From assembly GCA_021801925.1 (NCBI GenBank), contig JAKABH010000002.1, forward strand, positions 4,560 through 68,559: a stretch of DNA of 64,000 nt, read 5' to 3'. This DNA is from Thermoplasmata archaeon (lineage in GTDB: Archaea; Thermoplasmatota; Thermoplasmata; Lutacidiplasmatales; UBA184). Both the position numbers and the translations under genes were made by a program. Under the pieces are notes generated by a model, which saw only the letters and a list, made by a program, of their open reading frames with translations, did no database searches and had not been told where the DNA came from. Shown piece after piece: positions 54,909 through 61,784 of this stretch. Position 1 is the stretch's first letter. Every line of letters begins with the position of its first letter.

Positions 54909-56129
54909 TCATTCCCCCGTCTCGGCCCCGGAGAGCAGCCGCATCAGCCGCGCGAGGATCTCGTCCGCCGTCGCGAGGTCCCGCGCGCGCAGCGCCTCGG
55001 TCGCGCTGCGGATCTCCATCGCCGCATCCCGGGCGGTCTCGCTCTCCGGCGGCAGGGTCCGCACCCGGCCCGCGAGCGCCCGCGCCTTCTTCAGCAGCCG
55101 GTCGAGCGTCTCGCCTTCGCTCTCTTCCGCCTCCGACGACCGGGGGGACGGGGGCGGCGGCGAGAGCTCGGCCGCCTGGCGGAGCATGGTGATCTGGGCC
55201 CGGAGCTCCCGCACGCTCTGGATCGCCTCGGGCAGGCGGCCCTTCTTGAGGTGGCGGCTCGCCTCCCCGTGCAGCCGACGGGCGACGGCGCTCGGCACGT
55301 GTTCGTCCGGGTACCGGTCGAGCGCCTGGGCGTGGCGCCCGAGTTCCTCTTCGAGGGAGGAGGGGATCGCCTCGTGGAGGAGCATCAGCGCCTGGGCGGC
55401 GTCCTGGGCGAGCTCGTCGAGGGTCTCCTCGGTGAGTCGCGGCTGGGCCAGCCGGTCGCGGATCTGCTCGATCTCCCCGGAGATCTCCCCCAGGGGAAGG
55501 CCGAGTTCGGTCGCCTCGTTCCGCAGGCTCTCGATCTGGCCGAGGAGCCCCTGGAGCCCCTTCCAGTCGGACTCGAGCTGATCGAGCCGCCGCTCCGCCT
55601 CCAGGAGGCGGGCGGTCGCCTCCTCCCGATGGGTCGCCTGCAGCTCTTCCGCGATCCGGTCGAGCTCGGGGCCGAGGGCGAGGCGGATCCCCTGCTGGAG
55701 GAGGGCATCCCGACGGGCGATCAACGACCCGTAGCGTCGGTCGAGGAGTTCGTCGAGCTCCCGCTCGAGGCGCGCCTGGGCGCCCCGCAGCGTCTCGAGC
55801 GCCTCCCCTTCGCGCCCCTCCGCCTCGCTGAGCGCCGCCTGGCAGAGCTCGCTCGTCGCGTCCGGCAGCGATCGACCGAGTTCCCGAACGATCTCCATCT
55901 TGCCGCGGAGGTCGCGGCTGATTCGATTCGTGAGCTCGGCCTGCGGCGACGCGGCTCGGGCGGGCCGGCGCGGCCCGGCCGGAGCGCCGGGGTCGCCGTT
56001 CGGGGCCGCCGGCACCGGCTCGATGGAGCGGAGCCCCTCGAAGGCGAGGGCGGTCGGGAATCCGCAGACGGTGCAGTGCTGGCTGGTCGCGCTGATCGCC
56101 TGTTCGCAGATGGGGCAGTTCGACGGCAC
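54909..56129 (-). CDS. Zn-ribbon protein with long helical body (function unknown)
   Basis: GTG start. CPICEQ-x10-CTVCG ribbon, then about 330 aa of helical sequence. Confidence 0.65.
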   Translation of the reverse strand: MPSNCPICEQAISATSQHCTVCGFPTALAFEGLRSIEPVPAAPNGDPGAPAGPRRPARAASPQAELTNRISRDLRGKMEIVRELGRSLPDATSELCQAALSEAEGREGEALETLRGAQARLERELDELLDRRYGSLIARRDALLQQGIRLALGPELDRIAEELQATHREEATARLLEAERRLDQLESDWKGLQGLLGQIESLRNEATELGLPLGEISGEIEQIRDRLAQPRLTEETLDELAQDAAQALMLLHEAIPSSLEEELGRHAQALDRYPDEHVPSAVARRLHGEASRHLKKGRLPEAIQSVRELRAQITMLRQAAELSPPPPSPRSSEAEESEGETLDRLLKKARALAGRVRTLPPESETARDAAMEIRSATEALRARDLATADEILARLMRLLSGAETGE

Positions 56130-56197
56130 GTCGCCAACCTTGGACCGAAGAGACGTTCGCCGTGGGTTTAATTGCTTGGGGTCCGCCCCCCTCCGGG

Positions 56198-56446
56198 TTA
56201 TCCGCCGGAAAACGTCGGGACGACCAGCAGGCGGCCCCCCCTCGGGATCGGCTCGTCCATCGGGACCGGCCGGTCGTCGACGAGGACCACGGCGCCCTCC
56301 GGCGCGAGGCCGACCGCCCGCACCGCATCCCGGACCCGGCCTCCGGCCGGGAAGGGGATCCGGTGCGTCGCCGAGCGGCCGGCGCGGACAACCTCGATCA
56401 CGACAGCGCCGTCCCCCGGGGCGTCGGTCGCGTCGCGGCCGTCCAT
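56198..56446 (-). CDS. ThiS/MoaD-family ubiquitin-like protein (SAMP-like), C-terminal Gly-Gly
   Basis: 82 aa ending ...GGRLLVVPTFSGG*, the beta-grasp family C-terminus. Confidence 0.75.
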   Translation of the reverse strand: MDGRDATDAPGDGAVVIEVVRAGRSATHRIPFPAGGRVRDAVRAVGLAPEGAVVLVDDRPVPMDEPIPRGGRLLVVPTFSGG

Positions 56447-56562
56447 GTCGGAGCCGGGAGGCGGCCGGTTCCTTATCCGTTGCCGTTCCCGCCCGACCCG
56501 CCGAGGTTCGCCACCCTCGTCTCCGTCCGACTCCCCCGCCGACCGGAGCGGCCCAGGGGAGG

Positions 56563-56648
56563 CGCTGAGGGGGAGATTTGAACTCCCGCGACGGAAACCG
56601 TCACCAGATCTCGAATCTGGCGCCTTGGCCGAGCTAGGCTACCTCAGC
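56563..56648 (-). tRNA. tRNA-Ser (anticodon CGA), class II with long variable arm
   Basis: Hand-folded. Acceptor GCTGAGG/CCTCAGC, D stem GCCT/AGGC, anticodon stem CCAGA/TCTGG with loop TTCGAGA, variable-arm stem GACGG/CCGTC, T arm GGGAG-TTCAAAT-CTCCC. 86 nt. Confidence 0.9.
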
Positions 56649-56849
56649 ACCCTATCGCGGGGAGTTGCGCCCGCTTTTAGCGATTTGCGGGCAGCCGAGC
56701 TCCGCCGGACTCGCCGCGTGCGACCGAACATTCGCCGCTCTCGCCCGCCGTACTTGTCTCGACTCGAACCTCCGACCGACTGCCCAACCGGGTGAGTTCC
56801 TGACTCCTGCGTAAATAGGTTGTTATCCGGGATCCCTCTGCCTCTCTGC

Positions 56850-57888
56850 ATGGGCCGATGGGCACAGCGCCATCGGGGTGCCGCCACCCTCGAAGAACGT
56901 CGATTGACGGGCCTCGCGCTCCTGCACTCCGGCCACTCGCAGGCCGACGTCGCTCGCCGCCTCGGAGTTACTCCCGTAGCGGTGTGTCACTGGAAGAGTG
57001 CCCTCGACGAAGGCGCCCCGCGGCGCTGCGCGCCATCCCTCGGCCCGGCCGGCCCCCGCTGGTGTCGAAGGACCACCAAGCCGCTCTCCCCGAGATGCTC
57101 GCGAAGGGAGCGCTCACCTACGGGTTCTCCACCGACCTCTGGACGAACCCACGCATCGTGAAGGTCGCCGAGGCCCAGTGGGGAGTTCGGTACTCCGAGA
57201 CAGCGATGTGGCGGATGCTCAAGCGCCACGGACTCTCCTGGCAGCGGCCTCGGAGGCAGGCCCGAGAGAAGGACCTCCGGGCCGTCTACAACTGGCGCCG
57301 TCGCTCCTGGCCTCGCTCTAAAAAAAACCCCGACACCGAAGAGCCGTAGTGGTCTTCGTGGACGAGAGTGGGTTCTCTCTCATCCCCTATGTCGCGAAGA
57401 CCTGGGCCCCCGTTGGCCAAACCCCGGTGCAGATCCACCAAGGACTGTGTCCGAAGTTCTCGGCGATCAGCGGCGTGACTCCCCCATGGAAGCTCTACAT
57501 CCAGGTCCACAAGGACACGATCGCCACCGACCAGCCTGTGGAGTTCCTCCAGCATCTCTTGCGACACATTCGCCGGCGACCCATCATGGTCTTCTGGGAC
57601 GGAGGTCGTCCCCACCACTCTGACGAGACTCGCGCCTTCCTCCGAGCCCACCCTCGGATCGAGGCGCAGCGGTTTCCGGGCTACAGCCCCGAGCTCAACC
57701 CCGATGAGTAGGTCTGGAGGCACCTGAAGAACCACGAACTCGCCAGCTACGCTCCGCACGACGTGAAGGAACTGAGCCGGGAACTCCGGCGTGCGGTCGT
57801 TCGAATGCGGGTCCGGCCCAAGCTGCTCTGTTCGTTCGTCGCGGCGACTCACCTCTACGATTCAGCACCTGACGACGGTGCGGGATGA
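56850..57888 (+). pseudogene. IS630-family transposase, disrupted (one indel, one A8-run frame change, one in-frame TAG)
   Basis: The HTH (frame of 56820) joins the frame of 56858 near 57015-57030 (...LDEG|PAALRAIPRPGRPPL). The frame changes again at A8 57320-57327 into VVFVDESGF. TAG at 57709-57711 lies inside ...SPELNPDE*VWRHLKN. Confidence 0.8.
57320..57327 (+). repeat. A8 homopolymer (slippery run) inside the IS630 remnant
   Basis: The only long homopolymer I saw in the window. A -1 slip here joins ...WPRSKKK to PRHRRAVVVFVDESGF. Confidence 0.85.
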
Positions 57889-58388
57889 GACGAACGGAGG
57901 ATTCTCCTCGGTAAGTGTTAAGCTATTTCGTCCGGCATCAGTAACTCGGTCCGGGCCGCCGCCCGGCCATCCGCGAGGTGACTCCGAGCTCTTGGAGAAG
58001 GTCTGGGGGCTACTGGAGGAACGTCACCTTGACTGGTCGCAAATCGCCCAGAACCGCCACGTCCCGGCAAGTAGCTGCCGAAAGTGGGTCTCCTACGCAG
58101 CTCGGGCTAAGGCGGTTACAGCCAACGGCCCGGTGACCAGGGCCTCCCCGAAGGGAGCCTGAAGACTGACCGCGGCGCCTCAATGGCGAAGGCTATTTGC
58201 CGCGGCCGTTGGGCCGGCCACCCCCCTACTGCCTAGACCCTCAGGAAGGCGGTCCGAGCGCGTGGAGAAACACGGCGGAGCCCGTCAAGGGGGTCGATTT
58301 GGGAGAAGCCAAACTTCTCAGATGAAGCGTGTTACTTCGAACTACACGAGCGACACTATCAAGTAGCAAAGCATCCGTGGCATCCCGC

Positions 58389-58712
58389 ATGAAGGGTGTC
58401 CTCTCTGTCCTGGGTAAGAAGAGGGCTCTGGACGTCTTGGACTTCCTTGAGTCCGAACCGCGGGGCGCACGATTCATCGACGTCCAACGATGGGCGGTGA
58501 ACGGGGTTCCATCGGTCACGACAGGCCTACTCAAGGACCTCAGGCAGTGCGGCGCAGTCGTCCGCGATGGCTCCGGGGACCTGCCCAGATACCGGATCAC
58601 CGACGCTGGAAAGGAGGCACGAACACATCTACACCAAGCCCTCGCCGCGCTGCATGGTGCGCGAGACAAGCGCCAGCCTCGTCAGGATTTGAGGAGAAGA
58701 ATGGGAGGGTGA
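58389..58712 (+). CDS. Small winged-helix DNA-binding protein
   Basis: LGKKRALDVLDFLESEPRGARFIDVQR...LKDLRQCGAVVRD...RYRITDAG follows a wHTH (HxlR/MarR-like) pattern. Trimmed to ATG 58389. Confidence 0.6.
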   Translation: MKGVLSVLGKKRALDVLDFLESEPRGARFIDVQRWAVNGVPSVTTGLLKDLRQCGAVVRDGSGDLPRYRITDAGKEARTHLHQALAALHGARDKRQPRQDLRRRMGG

Positions 58713-59494
58713 ACTGCGTGAAGGACCAGTACTTCGGTGACGTGAACGATTATCGCAAGTTCGGGCTTCTAAGGGGGTTGACCAGTGAGAGAGACCTTCG
58801 GCTGTCTATTTGCTGGGCACTGACCCGCTCAGATGGGCGGACTGACGGGTCCAAAACTCAGTACCTCGAGAACCCGAGCATCTGGAGGAGATTCGATCCC
58901 GAGCTCTTTGCCTTCCTTCGGCAACAGGTGGTCGATCGCGGCGACCGCCGAGTGGGTGCCATCGAAGGCACGCGAGTGCTTGGAGACTGCAACTTTTTCA
59001 GCGAGACCCTCCCGCGAGAGGAAGCGGCTCGAGACGGCTACTTCGAGAGACTTTGCGACCTTGCCGCCCGCACCGATCTCGTGTTCTTCGACCCAGACAA
59101 TGGCCTAGGTGTCAAGTCGACACCGAGAGGATGCCCGAACTCTGAGAAGTACGTGTACCCGTCGGAACTGGCGTCCGTCTTCTCACTGGGACCATCGATT
59201 CTCCTCTACCAACATTTCCCGAGGAGGCCACGAACCCAGTTCACCCAATGGTTGGCACGCTCACTTTGTGAGTTGCTTGGAAGCGAACGGGCGGTGGCCT
59301 TCATTACACCCCACGTGCTCTTCCTCCTCGTGCCGAACCGTCGTCACTGGGCCGCACTGAGGGCGGGCGCCGAGCGGGTCGCTGGGAGATGGAGCGGCCA
59401 GATTGGAGTGGTCCACCTCAGTCGACTTGGGAATCTCCGCCCGGTCCCATTCGATGCCTTTGGGCCCCGCGAAGCCGCCCCCGTTGCGGCGTGA
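58709..59494 (+). CDS. Hypothetical protein with GDVNDYRKFGLL and FFDPDNG motifs
   Basis: GTG 58709 overlaps the wHTH stop (GTGA). 261 aa, protein-like composition. No family recognised with confidence. Confidence 0.6.
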   Translation: MNCVKDQYFGDVNDYRKFGLLRGLTSERDLRLSICWALTRSDGRTDGSKTQYLENPSIWRRFDPELFAFLRQQVVDRGDRRVGAIEGTRVLGDCNFFSETLPREEAARDGYFERLCDLAARTDLVFFDPDNGLGVKSTPRGCPNSEKYVYPSELASVFSLGPSILLYQHFPRRPRTQFTQWLARSLCELLGSERAVAFITPHVLFLLVPNRRHWAALRAGAERVAGRWSGQIGVVHLSRLGNLRPVPFDAFGPREAAPVAA

Positions 59495-59505
59495 GATCGC
59501 CGGGC

Positions 59506-60189
59506 CTATGCGCTCCAGAGCGGTCGAACGAGGCTTGATGGCTGTTTCCACCCTGCGCAGACTCTAACCTCCGCGGACGCCGCAACCGATAGCACGTTTT
59601 CCACCCCCCGGTCCACCGCCACCTCGACGACCTGTCCGGATTCAGGGAAGCGATCTATTGCCTGGAACGTGTCCGCCCCCCTCGGTGGCGGATCCTCCCC
59701 GTTAGCGCGCCTGAAAGTGCTGCCGGAGTTCATCGAGGTGAGCGCGATCCGGGCGGAGCACTGATCGAGCAGCAACCGCGTGTTCACCTTCAGGACGACG
59801 TGTTCAAAACCTCTGTAGAACTTCGCTCCGAGAAGCATCTCGAGCCGAGACCACTCCGCCCAGAAGAACACCTTGGCATTGATCAAGCGATACCAGTCCT
59901 CCACAGACATCCCCTGCTCCAGCAGGGGGCGGAGCTCGGCCGGGGGCATGGGTTGCTGGTCCCGGATCCAAGCAGGGGGAAGGCCTGTCTTCTCGATCTT
60001 GACCATCGCTGGCCTCCACCTGGACTCGATCAGCTCCCTGCGCCCTCCAGTGTATCCGTAGAGGTCAAGCAATGCGGAAGTGCTGAGGAGCCCCCTGGCC
60101 TGTATCCCGGGCCAGTTCGGGACCTCGGCCATATGGTAGAGAGTCGGGTAGCGCTCTATCAGCACCCCAATCCTCAAGCTCCCTCCCAA
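59506..60189 (-). CDS. Putative ADP-ribosyltransferase-fold protein (DarT/DUF4433- or DUF7002-like)
   Basis: N-terminal LYHMAEVPNWPGIQARGLLSTSALLDL and C-terminal QVVEVAVDRGV resemble the H...E elements of DarT-type ARTs as I remember them. Start is TTG 60189 (16-nt overlap) or GTG 60165. Confidence 0.55.
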   Translation of the reverse strand: MGGSLRIGVLIERYPTLYHMAEVPNWPGIQARGLLSTSALLDLYGYTGGRRELIESRWRPAMVKIEKTGLPPAWIRDQQPMPPAELRPLLEQGMSVEDWYRLINAKVFFWAEWSRLEMLLGAKFYRGFEHVVLKVNTRLLLDQCSARIALTSMNSGSTFRRANGEDPPPRGADTFQAIDRFPESGQVVEVAVDRGVENVLSVAASAEVRVCAGWKQPSSLVRPLWSA

Positions 60190-61784
60190 GCTCTCCGGTC
60201 GATGACGCTGCGGTGGTTGAACCCGACTGCCACCATTGTCACGGGAACTCCCGCGACGCGGCCCACCTCGTCGATGAACTGTATGGTCTCCTTGGAGAGT
60301 TGGTCGAAGCGGACGGCCCTCCTATTTCCCGAGGTGATGTAGTCAGCAAACGTCAGCGCGATGTCGGTCGCGCCGTTCAGGAGCGAGGCTCGATGCAGGA
60401 GAGCCCAATCGAACTCGCCGACCCTCCTGCGGCGATTCGTGGTCGAAGTTCGCTCGTGCTGTCTGAGTTCATCGACCGGAATTCCAGACCGCCTGGAGAT
60501 CTCGGCCCAGCCGATCTCGTTCAGTGGACCTGACGTGCCTCCCTCGGGACTCTGCACTCGGATAGGGTAGGTTCGGACGACCATCAGAACGCGACGTACC
60601 CACTTCGGTGGTATGCCAGCCTCGGCAAGACACCCTCCTGCCGTCGTGTCGCGGCTCGTGACGAACGGAAACTCCCCGTGGTAGATGCTCAGCCCGGTCC
60701 CCTGGGTCCCTTCAAGGAGGACGCGCCTGCCGTTGAGGTAGGCATCCTCGAGCTGTGTGAAGGCGTCTCCTAGAAAGGGCTTGAGCTCCGGGACCGCCCC
60801 AGCCAGACGGGTCGTGGAGTTTCGCCCCATTATTCGGCGCGCGGTCGCAGCGCCGGTGCCGCTCCCCGTCGAGCCGATATCTTTCTTCAGCTTCAGCTCG
60901 TCATGGATGTCCTTGGGGTCGATTACCATCGCATTGCGGTCGATGACGAGCCGTTGGGCGTCCACCTGACAGTCGGCGATCTCCTGGAGCAGCTTTGGGA
61001 TGTTGAGGACGGCCCCCGGGCCAATCAGCAGCTTCGCTAGGGGGTTGTACCTTGTCCCAGAAGGAAGCTGGTGGTGCGTGTACGGTGGATTGCCGAAGAC
61101 CTTGTGCCCCGCGTTTGGCCCCCCCACGCGGACCAACAGGTCGTACTCGCGCGCGATGTAGGATGCGATTTGGCCCTTTCCCTCGCTACCGAATTGTCCG
61201 CCGACGACGACGTCCACGTACCCTAGCCCCTTGTGGGGGTGCGCCCGGATCAGGCTGGCGGCGCGAGCGGCGACATCCGCCTCGGTACAACGGTCCGTGT
61301 CGATGACCGCGTCCGCGAGGTCCCGGAGCGTCTCCACTTGGGCCTCCGTGGGATCGGCCTTCGCCTGGGCATATGTAATGGCCATGTCCTTCGATTGCTG
61401 ACGGCGCTTAGCAAAACGCATGGCGAGGACCTCAGGAGGGGCCGTCAGGTGGATGTGTACGACTTTGGACCCAAACGCCTCCCGGAGGGCCCTCACTTGG
61501 TTCTCTATCCGCACGGCGTCCACCACGATGCACGTGCCTCTGTCCTCTTCGCCCAACCATCGGTAGAGCTCCTGCACCACCCATCTTCCCCCGGTCGACT
61601 TGTCCAGGTCCGCGCCTCGTTTCTGGAGCAGCCTTCGGTCGGAGATTGGCACCCGCATGATCCGCTTCGTTAGAGACTCCTTAGTCCTGAACACCGACAT
61701 CTGGTAGCGGTCCTCCAGGCGGCGGGCAAGCGTCGACTTGCCGGAGTAAATCTGTCCCGATAGGGCGATGATTCGGTCAGCCAC
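60174..61784 (-). CDS. Fusion protein: N-terminal P-loop kinase-like domain + C-terminal adenylosuccinate synthetase (PurA)-like domain
   Basis: Kinase P-loop ALSGQIYSGKSTLA (res 7-20). AdSS motifs GGQFGSEGKGQ, GGPNAGH, GSTGSGTGAATARR, LLEGTQGTGLSIYHGEFPFVTSRDTTAGG, TSTTNRRRRVGEFD. GTG start overlaps the upstream stop by 8 nt. Confidence 0.85.
   Translation of the reverse strand: MADRIIALSGQIYSGKSTLARRLEDRYQMSVFRTKESLTKRIMRVPISDRRLLQKRGADLDKSTGGRWVVQELYRWLGEEDRGTCIVVDAVRIENQVRALREAFGSKVVHIHLTAPPEVLAMRFAKRRQQSKDMAITYAQAKADPTEAQVETLRDLADAVIDTDRCTEADVAARAASLIRAHPHKGLGYVDVVVGGQFGSEGKGQIASYIAREYDLLVRVGGPNAGHKVFGNPPYTHHQLPSGTRYNPLAKLLIGPGAVLNIPKLLQEIADCQVDAQRLVIDRNAMVIDPKDIHDELKLKKDIGSTGSGTGAATARRIMGRNSTTRLAGAVPELKPFLGDAFTQLEDAYLNGRRVLLEGTQGTGLSIYHGEFPFVTSRDTTAGGCLAEAGIPPKWVRRVLMVVRTYPIRVQSPEGGTSGPLNEIGWAEISRRSGIPVDELRQHERTSTTNRRRRVGEFDWALLHRASLLNGATDIALTFADYITSGNRRAVRFDQLSKETIQFIDEVGRVAGVPVTMVAVGFNHRSVIDRRAWEGA

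Noticed and set aside
47793-56391. Long shadow ORFs 47793..49844 (-), 51219..52772 (-), 51815..53434 (+), 53954..55192 (+), 54210..56171 (+) and 54853..56391 (-)
   Set aside because: Each overlaps a motif-supported gene in another frame and has GC-noise composition.
57959-58162. HTH-like fragment (…EKVWGLLEERHLDWSQIAQNRHVPASSCRKWVSYAARAK…)
   Set aside because: It resembles the N-terminal HTH of a transposase or resolvase but has no convincing start codon and no downstream catalytic domain. It is probably a remnant.
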